Source of the DNA: Orbicella franksi
Lineage: Eukaryota
Assembly (NCBI GenBank): GCA_964199315.1
Contig: OZ116701.1
Coordinates: 31,310,001-31,374,000 of the forward strand
DNA length: 64,000 bases
Direction of reading: 5' to 3'
Below, piece after piece: positions 36,233-49,819 of the stretch (positions are counted from its first letter, which is position 1; each line of letters opens with the position of its first letter). A program made the position numbers and the translations under genes. Under the pieces are notes generated by a model. That model ran no database searches, was not told the origin of the DNA, and saw only the letters and a program-made list of their open reading frames with translations.

Positions 36233-36714
36233 GAAGAAAGGGACAAAAATGATTCAGAGATGCAGTTATAAAGCAGCTATTAACTATTCCGTATTATTAA
36301 ACCAGACCGTGGGTGAGCTTGGAGCTTTTTAAGCTGTGATTAAATATTAAACATGTTGACTCGTTGAAATATTATTTGAATTGGATGAACTTACGAAAAG
36401 TTTCTTTCTCCTTTTTGATAAATAATACATTGTCAGCATAATTTCTCGTCTAATTGTTGAAAAGAGGGATACAGGATTGAAAAAGTTAAAATTACGCAAA
36501 TTAGAGGAAGGAGTGAGAAGGGAATGAGGCGAGGAACGAAAAAATAAAACGTTTCTTTCCTTCTCCTTTCTAACCTCGTTCCCAGGGTCTCTCGGGAAGA
36601 AGAGAGACCCTGGAAACGAGGTTTTCTCTTTTCCGCACCGCAGTTCTGACCGCATAAGGTGGGGGTACACCTAAAAACATACCTTTTTTTCAAGCTTTTT
36701 TTCATGGTTAAGAT

Positions 36715-36755
36715 CAGGAGCCATAATCGGGGACCTTCCTCGATTATGGCTCCTG
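36715..36755. mobile_element. 41-bp TIR-only mini-element, 7-bp TSD
   Basis: caggagccataatcg-gggaccttcct-cgattatggctcctg, flanked by ttaagat at 36708-14 and 36756-62. Confidence 0.88.
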
Positions 36756-37470
36756 TTAAGATTTAATTCGAAACCATGGCAAAGTAAACATTTTTAGAAA
36801 GTTTAAAGATCAGAAATTATGATTTTTTTTGGTACTTTGATTAATTAGAACTGTATTGCAACCTCACACCGGCTGATTAAATCTGCCACCTGCGGGAGAA
36901 TGCCAGGGCTTACTTGGGAAACTGATCAAAATGAATACTTTTTACATTTTTTAAAAGAAGACGAATAGTTTACTGTTTTAAGCATAGAGGTTTTGGAAAA
37001 GTTAAAAACACATGAAATGGTGACCAGTCAAATCTGATACAGAAAATTCAGCATAGACCAGCATACGTTTCAATGCATAACTTCGACAAAATGCACTGGA
37101 TGGAAAAGTTATATGCTTAAAACACAAAACTTACATAGAACAACAAATCCTGAAAATTTCAGGTCAATTGGACAAATCCTTCTCAAAAAAATAACTTTTT
37201 TTTTGAAAACGAGCTTTGAACTTACAGTAACACGTTTTGGAACAAGCAAGCTCTGGGCTTATATACTTCGTTTCTAAATATGGAAGCATACAGCATATTA
37301 ATTGTGTTGTTATCACGCGATTGACCTTTGCAATAGCCATGCATGGTAACGCAAGTACTAAAAATTAAAAAAAAGCGCGTCGAGAGGAAGTTTCCTCTCG
37401 CCGCGCTTTTTTTTATTTTTTCGCGCGCTGTATTTCGTGTTTCGCCCCAACTAAACTAAACGCCTGGAGG

Positions 37471-37608
37471 TAGCTTCTTCCAGGCGTTCAGTTAGTTGAG
37501 GCGCAGCGCGAAAAACGGCCCGCGAAAAAATAAGAAAGGCGTGGCATTTTTTTCGCGCGCCTTTCTTCGCTCTGCGCCTCAACTAACTGAACGCCTGGAA
37601 GAGGCTAA
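37471..37608. mobile_element. TAGC...GCTA hairpin MITE
   Basis: cttccaggcgttcagttagttgaggcgcag / ctgcgcctcaactaactgaacgcctggaag, a 30-bp inverted repeat. Confidence 0.8.
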
Positions 37609-37768
37609 ATAATTTTCGCCCAGCGTTTCCGATTTCGTATTGGTATCAGAGATTCCATCTCCTGAGTCTTTGTCCAATAGGATTTGCGTTACCATGCATG
37701 GCTGGTGCAAAGGTCAATCGCGTGATGACAACACAATATGCTGTATGCTTCCATATTTAGAAACGAAG

Positions 37769-37777
37769 TATATAAAG
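37769..37777 (+). promoter_or_regulatory. Candidate TATA box of the lipocalin gene
   Basis: TATATAAAG about 90 bp upstream of ATG 37860, with pyrimidine-rich Inr-like sequence ~30 bp downstream. Confidence 0.5.
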
Positions 37778-37859
37778 CCCAGAGCTCACTTGTTCCAGCT
37801 CACATCCACTCGAACAAACTCTTGAGTGAGTAGCTGTGAGATTGCTCTCAGAAGTCAAC

Positions 37860-40358
37860 ATGAAATACGCTGTATTTTTACTAGTTATCGCATTTTGCAG
37901 CGACGCTTTCGGAATTAACACCGTGTCAACCTTAAATGTGACACAATATCTTGGCCGCTGGTATCAGGTAAGAATCAAGGGCTGACTCGAAGTAGTGTAA
38001 TCTCTTGTGCCTCTGGTTATGCAATAGACATTGCTAGTGTTTTGGGATACAGTGCTTTCACTTGTAGAAGCCCTGTTATCGAAGTACCTTTTAATTACTT
38101 AAGAAAGCGTGCGTAAAAATTTACCAGAGCGATAATTATATGAGCTACGCCTCCATCTTATGTAACAGCCTGATTGCACAACAGTTACACAGTTATGCAT
38201 AAGAAATGGGAGTTATTGTTGTGAAAATCTCCGCGATTGACGCTCGATATGTCTTAGAATCGCAATGATAAAATACGTAGCCTTTCATAGCTCCAGGGCC
38301 CAAGAGAAGAGGTTCTTACTCTTGCTTTGCTCGTACAAATTATATCGTCAGGGGCCTTCTCTGGTAAGCCATGCAACCCTTCCGCGCGGTCTGTAACACT
38401 CACATTCACGTGTGGGGCGTGATGCAAATTTTCTATCCACGTTGTCATGCGTGTAAATACAGAAATAAAGTAAACGAATAACTTTATTAATATGTCTTGT
38501 CACACTTCAAGGCTTTTCTAATCAGGGACACATTTCCGATCGAATTAGAATTTAGAGTGGTGGGTCTTCAAGCGCATTTGAAGCGCCTTTAGGTTTGAAG
38601 AAGCCGGAAGGAAAACCGGAGAGCCCGGACTGCTCCCCTTCAAATGTTTTTCCACCTACTTTGGTTCCATGTTATAAGACCATTTCAGGGTCCTTACGTT
38701 TTCATTTTATTATTTGTCTTGTTTTGTCTCTGTTCTAAACAGATGTATGCCGATGCCACAGTCGTGGGTACTTTTGAGCGTAACGCGTTTTGCGTGACCG
38801 CAGATTGTAAGTTTAAGTACAGTATGACTTGTTTGGTTTTTAACCCGGGTTTTTAATCAACACTCCAAACTCTTGTAACGGATCTCGAGTTGCCGTTGTC
38901 GAGCGAAACAAGCCACGATCGTTGGGCTATTGAATTTGTGAAAAAAAAAAAAAACAACAACGATAAAATAGCAATAAAAAATAACAAAGATTCCAAAATT
39001 AGGGACACCTCTCTGGTAGCGTGGGTGCCAGGTGTTCCCACATTTCGGGCTGACGTAAACTCGGGCGAGAGCTGCGCCAAAAATTAGGGACAGAGGGAGG
39101 CTTTGTGACATTAATATGCAAAGACTGGCTTAGCCGCTTAGTTATTTGGGGAGCAACGAGTTGCACTCCCTGTACGTAAGCACCTCGCAGTTTTCCCCTG
39201 GCCAATCTTCGCACAGGACTCTAACTGACCGAACACCTGTTCAAGGGTTAGACTAGTTGCACGCCCGAGAAAAACAAACAAACAAAGAAAACAAGCAAAC
39301 GAAGAGAAAAAAAGCAGTGGGAAGCAGTCCTTTCAAAACACTCGACAAGGCCATCCCCTCAGGTTTCCGTGCTTAATATTGTTGCTTTTATACAGATACC
39401 CTGCGGAAAGATGGAAAAGTCGGCGTGCTGAACAGTGAAAGGCTCTATTCAGAGACTGGCACCCAAAACAACATCACAGGCTACGCCTACATACCAAACC
39501 CCGCGCAGCCAGGAAAGCTAAAAGTGCATCTTGACGGCGTACCAGTTGACGCGCCATGTAAGTGACAAGTCAATCGAGCTCTGATCTCTAAAACTAACAA
39601 GTACATCCACACGATCCAACTTGAAAGAATAGGTTGAGTGTGATGCTCGCCAGGCCATTTGGTATGGGTGTTTCTAACTTAGTTTGTCCTCTACTTTCTA
39701 TTTTGTCTTGCGTTCGTCGAGATCGCAAGCTTAGCTAAATATTAATCCGACGCGTGGGATACACGTGCTAAACCGCCAGGGGCGGCCCCTCTCGCGCTCC
39801 GCGCTTGCATTGCTCGCGTACTGGAAGCCGAAAATAACTCGTAGCAGGAGCGTAGCCGGGAATTTTCAAACGGGGGTCACACTGGGTCAAAATGAGGGTA
39901 TTCGCCAGATTGTCATGTCGTTTTCGTTACCTGTTGTAGGTTGTGACCCCCCTTTTTTAAGGCTTACAAAAGGGGGGGTCACGGGCACCCCAGGACCTTC
40001 CCCCTGGCTACACCCCTAACTCGTAGCAAAAAATAAAGGCTTTTGTTTGAAACAGTGTCCACTTCTCTCAACAGACTGGGTTGTGAAACTGGGTCCTCCC
40101 TCGTTCGGCGAGCAAGGCTTGTACCAGTACTCCGTGGTCACCGATAATTTCCAGGCCACCTTGTTTGTGCTGGCCAGGGATGTCGACACGTTTAGAAGCC
40201 AATATGACGCGGAAGTGAAAAGCTGGCTGGAAGAAAATGGTTTCACTTATCCCTGGAACAAGCCTATTGCCACAGTACAGGACGATGAATGCCTCTATTT
40301 GATGAAAAGAGCTTCTCCATATCAGACAATTAAAGAGTTCCTAAAACAGGAATATTGA
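37860..40358 (+). CDS. Apolipoprotein D-like lipocalin, 205 aa; exons 37860-37967, 38743-38806, 39396-39557, 40075-40358
   Basis: Signal MKYAVFLLVIAFCSDAFG; SCR1 YLGRWYQ; CVTADY; GKLKV; SCR2 YSVVTD; SCR3 LFVLAR; C-terminal Cys; all GT-AG in phase. Confidence 0.93.
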
Positions 40359-43300
40359 CTTGAAAAACTGGAGCAGATTAGATTTTGATGCCCGAGATTT
40401 TGAACGTTCCGTTTTACCTGCAAACTGTTAGACATTTCGTTATGATAGTTGTAAAAATGTTTTGGTTCATGACCTGTTAATTTAGATAGAAAAAGACAAG
40501 AAATGAACAGATGTGAAATGAATTTCAAGGACAATAAAAAGCCTTAGAAGGAGTTTACTTGTGTTTGGTTGCGAGGGCAGCAGTTGACAGAGTTTATCTA
40601 TCTATCGCGGATTTCAATAAGTTTTTAACAGGACACGAGACACACGGGCAGAAAATCCGCACCTTGTCAAGCTGGGAAGGGTTGTGGTGGTGGTGGGGGG
40701 GGGGGGGGCGGGGATTGTGGGGTGTGCAAACCCGGAAAATCTTGAAATTCTACCCTTGCAATGATGGGTTTTCCCGCAATCTGGACCACAAAATCGGCAC
40801 CGCTCAGTTACCTACAAGAGAGGTGGATTTGCCCGTAATTTTGACACATTTAAAGTAGGCTCTTGTGCAGAGCATTTGTTTTTTGCTCCGCAATTTGAAG
40901 ATAAAAGAGAAATAACGCGTACTATAACCAGCAAAATCGTGGCTTTTGACTTAACTTATTCTGAAAGCCGAACGAACAGATAACAGACACTTGGTGAGCT
41001 GTACCACGCCCTCCCCCCATCTTACCCCCCCCCCCCCCGCCAACACACACACCCACAAAGTTCTTATTTGGGTCGTCGCGCAATGCTTCTTGCGTGACTA
41101 CCCAAGTACGGCAGTGTCGTCTTCTTCAAGATGTTGTATGACGTCGGAGATAGCCGCCTTGTCAAGTATTCACTGAACTATGTTGGTTGTACTGAGTATC
41201 GGTGTCTCCACCGCCTATGCTCCAAAACCCGGTTTGACAACAGTGAACCGGTGTAACTAGCCCGAGGGCTGATGAGACCTCAACGACATGGATTTATACG
41301 GAACCTCCTTTGCTGGACGTTTTAAGACTCTACTCGAAGAATGGTCAGGGCAATGAGTAGAACAAAACAGCATTTTCGTGTTCAAGAATATATTTGTTAT
41401 AGATAACCCTACATTGACTAAAAAGCGACAAAGGAGCGTAATACACATCAAGAAATTGCCTCGCGTTATATTTAACCACAATAGATTGAAATTCTAAAGG
41501 AAGAATATTTACAAAGGTAGAGACCGAGGCAAGAACTCGATTTGATTTTCAACAATACAGTCATACAACTAAGACAAGATATGAGACCAGTCACGCAAAC
41601 CTTCTCTAGGTGTCTTACGGCCATTGATAAAAGTTGCGTGACTGGTAACGCTCAGAAGTCTGAATACTAACAAGCGTGACGCCGATTAAAACGCAAACGA
41701 AATATGAAACTATCTGTGTATGTTTTGAGTTTCCAAATCCACCTAACATAAATTAAATTGCGTTTCAAGCAGCGTCTACTGTTGAAACAGCCTCCTGTGC
41801 TGACGCTGTTCGGGCTCGTCACGCAATCTACCTCCTCTTCCCTCGTTGGGGGAAGAAGATTGCGTGACGAGCCCAAAGATGTCTGCGTACGAGGATACTT
41901 TTGTAATTACTTACTTCTTGTCATTTTCACACGCAATTGAGATGGAATGAGGTTTTTGACTAGTGCGAATTTGCGGCAATCATACAAAAACGAAGATTCG
42001 ATTCTTACAGGCAATAAAAATGTACATCAATTGAAATAGAACAAAGGGTTTAATTTATTGCATCTACTTACTTACGGCTACTTTTAAAGTGCACTGACCC
42101 TTCACAGTAAAATGCAGCTGCCGAGACAAACGCTTACGTGACTTGATGCTTTTAAGTCACGCAACCGTCTGTATCAGGGGTTTAAATATAAAATAGTTGT
42201 TTCCCTGGCTTTTGCAAAAAATCACATCGTTTTCTGTTGATGGTTTGCAAGAGCAAGAAAAAATAATTGTTTCTCACCGATGTCCATGTCGTTTTTTTTC
42301 TTTCTACATCGTGCACGTATAATTCAATAAGGCGACCAAGTTTTATCTCAAACTTGTCAAAGACGTTTGAATTCACAAAGCCGCAAACATTTCGATCCAA
42401 AAAATAAGAGCGCTTTTTCTTCTTCACTGTTTCTCGAGCTATAAACGATTTTTTTCGACTTGCGCTCCTTACCATCCGAAAACTCCCGGATTCAGATATA
42501 TTTCTACACATTTCAGAGCAGGACGGTAGAGAAGCGCTGTTTAAAACAATTAAAAACAACCATCTGTAGGTTAACGAGGTAATCTCTGTTTACGAAGCGC
42601 AACAAAACACGCAGAGTGAGTCTAGATCAGGCTTTTCAGTTGTGAAATGTATGCATCTCATTTACTCAGGAATTCTGCTATCTGTACAGCTCCCACGTAC
42701 TATCCCACAGAGGAGCATTTATCCCATTGTCCGCGCTTATGACGCAAACTGCGGCAGGTAATGGAACAACTGAAAACTCCTTTAAGCTTCACTCGGCTTG
42801 CTTGTCAAGCCTCTCTCCCGCTTACCCGTGACTTTCACGGACAGAGGACAGGAAAGAGCCCGGGACTAGCTTAAGATTACTAGTGTTCGCATGCAGTGTA
42901 TTATGTGAACGACACAGATCTGCCTAGTGATAACACAAATATCAAAGAAAACATTTTCACCCCACTAGGATCGGGGCCATATCGGCAGCTATCTTTCATC
43001 TGCCCTCCATTAAAATTAAATAATTCCTATGGGTATTTACATGAACTTGTACGTTTCGGTTTCGTTTCTTGAATTTCTCAAACTCGTAGACATATGTCAT
43101 TTGTATGTACCGTGGGGTTCTGTAGCAAATAAAAATCATCGAGCAACACTCGGCTTCCTTAACTAGCGCAAACATTATGGTGCAAAAGAAACAAAATTCT
43201 CCGCCCTCCGTCAAAAGACAGACAGAAGATGTCCACATTCCTGAGGGGGTCGTGCGACCCATGAAGTTCTAAAAAATCCAAAACGTCTTTACTTAGTGGT

Positions 43301-43413
43301 TTTCTGCGCAGATGCATTGCTGGGGAAAGCATTTCGTATCCAAAATCGTTTCCAGTGATTTGTCCGTCCTCCACAGATTTCGCAAATCGCCGCATTCAAA
43401 TCAAATTGTCTTG

Positions 43414-43744
43414 TCACAACTTCAGTTCGTTCGCAACCTTCGACGCGATGTTCTTGAAATTAATCGATGTGCCGGCGATGCGCTTGAAACGAACCCCGTG
43501 TAACGACAAGCGAGGGAGTTTGCACACTTCCATCTCCCACTGCACGTGATTTGCGTCGGCGGGATTGCCATAGCAACAGAACAACAGGAAATTTTCGCGC
43601 TGTTCAAAATCACAGTGATTTGTATCCAACACCTTCCTTATTTCTTCCATCATCTCTTGCGGGTCCATGGAACTCGTTGTCTTCATGCTCCACGTGAAAC
43701 GAAGGGAGCGAGGTTTTTCACCCATTGACGTGTCGTTCATGGAC
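43414..43744 (-). pseudogene. Duplicated MARK terminal KA1 exon (distal copy; open frame, acceptor intact)
   Basis: [16 protein letters not shown]...[14 protein letters not shown]; no upstream kinase exon in this unit. Confidence 0.8.
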
Positions 43745-44598
43745 CTGCCGTGCAAATAACAGTACATAAAGCATTAGCCATATCCTGAAACAAAACAAAA
43801 CAAATGAACAAACCGACAACACACAGATCGTGACGTTGAAGAGTGGTGTTCAATGTCCAAATGATAGACAGATCATACTGATGACTTAACCGATAAGCGC
43901 TTACAATTTAAAAATTATCTGGCATCATCGAAACACGCAGACGGTAAGACTAATTACGCAAACGTTTACCACGTTAGTGGTACTTTTGTAATTATATAAG
44001 CTACGCCTCCATCTTATGTAACAGCCTGATTGCACAACAGTTACACAGTTATGCATAAGAAATGGGAGTTATTGTTGTGAAAATCTCCGCGATTGACGCT
44101 CGATATGTCTTAGAATCGCAATGATAAAATACGTAGCCTTTCATAGCTCCAGGGCCCAAGAAGAGAAGTTCTTACTCTTGCTTTGCTCGTACAAATTATA
44201 TCGTCAGGGGCCTTCTCTGGTAAGCCATGCAACCCTTCCGCGCGGTCTGTAACACTCACATTCACGTGTGGGGCGTGATGCAAATTTTCTATCCACGTTG
44301 TCATGCGTGTAAATACAGAAATAAAGTAAACAAATAACTTTACTAATATGCCGTGTCACACTTCAAGGCTTTTCGAATCAGGGACACATTCCCGATCGAA
44401 TTAGAATTTAGAGTGGTGGGTCTTCAAGCGCATTTGAAGCGCCTTTAGGTTTGAAGAAGCCGGAAGAAAAACCGGAGAACCCGGACTGCTCCCCTTCAAA
44501 TGTTTTTCCACCTACTTTGGTTCCATACTGTAATGTCATTTCAGGGTCCTTACGTTTTTATTTTATTATTTGTCTTGTTTTGTCTCTGTTCTAAACAG

Positions 44599-46081
44599 AT
44601 GTATGCCGATGCCACAGTCCTGTGTACTTTTGAACGTAGCGCGTTTTGCGTGACCGCAGACTGTAAGTACAGTATCACTTGTTGGTTTTTAACCTGGGTT
44701 TTTAATGAACACCCCAATCTCTTGTACCGGATCTCGCGTTGCCTTTGTCTAGCAAAACAGACCGTGACCGTTGGCCTATTGAATTTGTGAATCAAAAAGT
44801 AATATTAACGATAAAATGACACTAAAAAATAACAAAAATTCCAAAACTAGCGACACCTCCCTGGTAGCGTGGGTGCCAAGTGTTCCCACATTTCGGGCTG
44901 ACGAAAACTCCGGCAAGAGCTGCGCTAAAAATTAGGGGGACAGGGAGGGGTTGTGACGTAGCCTGCGAAGCAGGCCGCTGAAGGGGAGGGAAAGGTTCAA
45001 AAGGAGCGCGGGAGTTTTGGGAGTTTTGGCTTCGCGCGCTTGTTTTTTCCCCCTTTCCCTCCCCTTCGACGCCTGCCACGCAGGCTAGTTGTGACATCGA
45101 TATGCAATGGCTTAGCCAGTTTTAGGGGCGTTGAGTTATATAGGGAGCAACGAGGTGTACTCCCTGTCCGTAAGCACTCCGCAGTTTTCCCCTGACCAAT
45201 CTTCGCACAGGACTTTAACTGACCGAACGCCTGTGCAAGGTTTAGACTAGTTGTGCGCCCGAGAAAAACAAACAAACAAAGAAAACAAACCAAAAAAAAA
45301 AAAAAAAAAAAAACAGTGGAGGCGGTCCTTCCAAAACACTCGACAAGTCATCCTCTAAGGTTTCCCTGCTTAATATTGTTTCTTTTACACAGACACCTTG
45401 CGGAAAGATGGAAAAGTCGGCGTGCTGAACAGTGAAAGGCTCTATTCAGAGACTGGCACTCAGAACAACATCACAGGCTACGCCTACATACCAGACCACG
45501 GGCAGCCAGGAAAGCTAAAAGTTCATCTTGACGGCGTACCAGTTGACGCGCCATGTAAGTGACAAGTCAATCGAGCTCTGATCTCTAAAACTAACAAGTA
45601 CATCCACACTTTTAGTCGATCCAACTTGGAAGAATAGGTTGAGTGTGATGCTCGACAGGCCATTTGGTATGGGTGTTTCTAACTTAGTTTGTCTTCTACT
45701 CTCTATTTTGTCTTGCGTTCGTCGAGATCGCAAGCTTAGCTAAATATTAATCCGACGCGTGGGATACACCCGTAATTCGTAGCAAAAAATAAACGCGTTT
45801 GTTTGAAACAGTGTCCACTTCTCTCAACAGACTGGGTCGTGAAACTTGGTCCTCCCTCGTTCGGCGAGCAAGGTTTATACCAGTACTCCGTGGTCACCGA
45901 TAATTTCCAGGCCACCTTGTTTGTGCTGGTCAGGGATGTCTGGGGTGTGCAAACCCGGAAAATCTTGAAATTCTACCCTTGCAATGATGGGTTTTCCCGC
46001 AATCTGGACCACAAAATCGGCACCGCTCGGTTACCTACAAGAGAGGTGGATTTGCCCGTAATTTTGACACATTTAAAGTAG
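44599..46081 (+). pseudogene. Lipocalin partial copy 2 (exons 44599-44662, 45393-45554, 45831-46081); no exon 1; exon 4 internally deleted
   Basis: After LFVLVRDV the frame continues into sequence that is 3' flank in copy 1 (WGVQTRK...LTHLK*). Confidence 0.85.
44958..45087. mobile_element. TAGCCTGCG...CGCAGGCTA hairpin element with 8-bp TSD gttgtgac (also at ~50178-50310)
   Basis: Present in units 2 and 3, absent in unit 1 (~39105). Confidence 0.8.
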
Positions 46082-48634
46082 GCTCTTGTGCAGAGCATTT
46101 GTTTTTTGCTCCGCGATTTGAAGAAAGAAGAGAAATAACGCGTACTATAACCAGCAAAATCGTGGTTTTTGACTTAACTTATTCTGAAAGCCGAACGAAC
46201 AGATAACAGACACTTGGTGAGCTGTACCACGCCCTCCCCCCATATCCCCCCCCCCCCGCCAACACACACACCCACAAAGTCCTTATTTGGGTCGTCGCGC
46301 AATGCTTCTTGCGTGACTACCCAAGTACGGCAGTGTCGTCTTCTTCAAGATGTTGTGTGACGTCGGAAAAAGCTGCCTTGTCAAGTATTCATTGAACTGT
46401 CTATGTTGGTTGTACTGAGTATCGGTGTCTCCACCGCCTATGCTCCAAAATCCGGTTTGACAACAGTGAACCGGTGTAACTGGCCCGAGGGCTGATGAGA
46501 CCTCAACGACATGGATTTATACGGAACCTCCTTTGCTGGACGTTTTAAGACTCTACTCGAAGAATGGTCAGGGTAATGAGTAGAACAAAACAGCATTTTC
46601 ATGTTCAAGAATATATTTGTTATAGATAACCCTACATTGACTAAAAAGCGACAAAGGAGCGTAATACACATCAAGAAATTGCCTCGCGTTATATTTAACC
46701 ACAATAGATTGAAATTCTAAAGGAAGAATATTTACAAAGGTAGAGACCGAGGCAAGAACTCGATTTGATTTTCAACAATACAGTCATACAACTAAGACAA
46801 GATATGAGACCAGTCACGCAAACCTTCTCTAGGTGTCTTACGGCCATTGATAAAAGTTGCGTGACTGGTAACGCTCAGAAGTCTGAATACTAACAAGCGT
46901 GACGCCGATTAAAACGCAAACGAAATATGAAACTATCTGTGTATGTTTTGAGTTTCCAAATCCACCTAACATAAATTAAATTGCGTTTCAAGCAGCGTCT
47001 ACTGTTGAAACAGCCTCCTGTGCTGACGCTGTTCGGGCTCGTCACGCAATCTACCTCCTCTTCCCTCGTTGGGGGAAGAAGATTGCGTGACGAGCCCAAA
47101 GATGTCTGCGTACGAGGATACTTTTGTAATTACTTACTTCTTGTCATTTTCACACGCAATTGAGATGGAATGAGGTTTTTGACTAGTGCGAATTTGCGGC
47201 AATCATACAAAAACGAAGATTCGATTCTTACAGGCAATAAAAATGTACATCAATTGAAATAGAACAAAGGGTTTAATTTATTGCATCTACTTACTTACGG
47301 CTACTTTTAAAGTGCACTGACCCTTCACAGTAAAATGCAGCTGCCGAGACAAACGCTTACGTGACTTGATGCTTTTAAGTCACGCAACCGTCTGTATCAG
47401 GGGTTTAAATATAAAATAGTTGTTTCCCTGGCTTTTGCAAAAAATCACATCGTTTTCTGTTGATGGTTTGCAAGAGCAAGAAAAAATAATTGTTTCTCAC
47501 CGATGTCCATGTCGTTTTTTTTCTTTCTACATCGTGCACGTATAATTCAATAAGGCGACCAAGTTTTATCTCAAACTTGTCAACGACGTTTGAATTCACA
47601 AAGCCGCAAACATTTCGATCCAAAAAATAAGAGCGCTTTTTCTTCTTCACTGTTTCTCGAGCTATAAACGATTTTTTTCGACTTGCGCTCCTTACCATCC
47701 GAAAACTCCCGGATTCAGATATATTTCTACACATTTCAGAGCAGGACGGTAGAGAAGCGCTGTTTAAAACAATTAAAAACAACCATCTGTAGGTTAACGA
47801 GGTAATCTCTGTTTACGAAGCGCAACAAAACACGCAGAGTGAGTCTAGATCAGGCTTTTCAGTTGTGAAATGTATGCGTCTCATTTACTCAGGAATTCTG
47901 CTATCTGTACAGCTCCCACGTACTATCCCACAGAGGAGCATTTATCCCATTGTCCGCGCTTATGACGCAAACTGCGGCAGGTAATGGAACAACTGAAAAC
48001 TCCTTTAAGCTTCACTCGGCTTGCTTGTCAAGCCTCTCTCCCGCTTACCCGTGACTTTCACGGACAGAGGACAGGAAAGAGCCCGGGACTAGCTTAAGAT
48101 TACTAGTGTTTGCATGCAGTGTATTATGTGAACGACACAGATCTGCCTAGTGATAACACAAATATCAAAGAAAACATTTTCACCCCACTAGGATCGGGGC
48201 CATATCGGCAGCTATCTTTCATCTGCCCTCCATTAAAATTAAATAATTCCTATGGGTATTTACATGAACTTGTACACGTTTCGGTCATCTCGAATTTCTC
48301 AAACTCGTAGACATATGTCATTTGTATGTACCGTGGGGTTCTGTAGCAAATAAAAATCATCGAGCAACACTCGGCTTGCTTAACTAGCGCAAACGTTATA
48401 GTGCAAAAGAAACAAAATTCTCCGCCCTCCGACAAAAGACAGACAGAAGATGTCCACATTCCTGAGGGGGTCGTGCGACCCATGAAGTTCTAAAAAATCC
48501 AAAACGTCTCTACTTAGTGGTTTTCTGCGCAGATGCATTGCTGGGGAAAGCATTTCGTATCCAAAATCGTTTCCAGTGATTTGTCCGTCCTCCACAGATT
48601 TCGCAAATCGCCGCATTCAAATCAAATTGTCTTG

Positions 48635-48965
48635 TCACAACTTCAGTTCGTTCGCAACCTTCGACGCGATGTTCTTGAAATTAATCGATGTGCCGGCGAT
48701 GCGCTTGAAACGAACCCCGTGTAACGACAAGCGAGGGAGTTTGCACACTTCCATCTCCCACTGCACGTGATTTGCGTCGGCGGGATTGCCATAGCAACAG
48801 AACAACAGGAAATTTTCGCGCTGTTCAAAATCACAGTGATTTGTATCCAACACCTTCCTTATTTCTTCCATCATCTCTTGCGGGTCCATGGAACTCGTTG
48901 TCTTCATGCTCCACGTGAAACGAAGGGAGCGAGGTTTTTCACCCATTGACGTGTCGTTCATGGAC
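48635..48965 (-). pseudogene. Duplicated MARK terminal KA1 exon (middle copy)
   Basis: Translation identical to the 43414 copy. Confidence 0.8.
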
Positions 48966-49819
48966 CTGCCGTGCAAATAACAGTACATAAAGCATTAGCC
49001 ATATCCTGAAACAAAACAAAACAAATGAACAAACCGACAACACACAGATCGTGACGTTGAAGAGTGGTGTTCAATGTCCAAATGATAGACAGATCATACT
49101 GATGACTTAACCGACAAGCGCTTACAATTTAAAAATTATCTGGCATCATCGAAACATGCAGACGGTAAGACTAATTACGCAAACGTTTACCACGTTAGTG
49201 GTACTTTTGTAATTATATAAGCTACGCCTCCATCTTATGTAACAGCCTGATTGCACAACAGTTACACAGTTATGCATAAGAAATGGGAGTTATTGTTGTG
49301 AAAATCTCCGCGATTGACGCTCGATATGTCTTAGAATCGCAATGATAAAATACGTAGCCTTTCATAGCTCCAGGGCCCAAGAAGAGAAGTTCTTACTCTT
49401 GCTTTACTCGTACAAATTATATCGTCAGGGGCCTTCTCTGGTAAGCCATGCAACCCTTCCGCGCGGTCTGTAACACTCACATTCACGTGTGGGGCGTGAT
49501 GCAAATTTTCTATCCACGTTGTCATGCGTGTAAATACAGAAATAAAGTAAACAAATAACTTTACTAATATGCCGTGTCACACTTCAAGGCTTTTCGAATC
49601 AGGGACACATTCCCGATCGAATTAGAATTTAGAGTGGTGGGTCTTCAAGCGCATTTGAAGCGCCTTTAGGTTTGAAGAAGCCGGAAGAAAAACCGGAGAA
49701 CCCGGACTGCTCCCCTTCAAATGTTTTTCCACCTACTTTGGTTCCATACTGTAATGTCATTTCAGGGTCCTTACGTTTTTATTTTATTATTTGTCTTGTT
49801 TTGTCTCTGTTCTAAACAG

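Noticed and set aside
33526-36755. One large P-like element from 33526 to 36755 carrying the Crypton and B3 exon 1
   Set aside because: The flanks do not form a TSD (attgtat vs ttaagat), and the right TIR is already explained by the 41-bp element with its own TSD.
42182-42559. 125-aa ORF repeated in the three units, and other recurring short ORFs
   Set aside because: Recurrence reflects the recent triplication; they lie in the MARK 3' UTR or intergenic DNA and have no recognisable motif.
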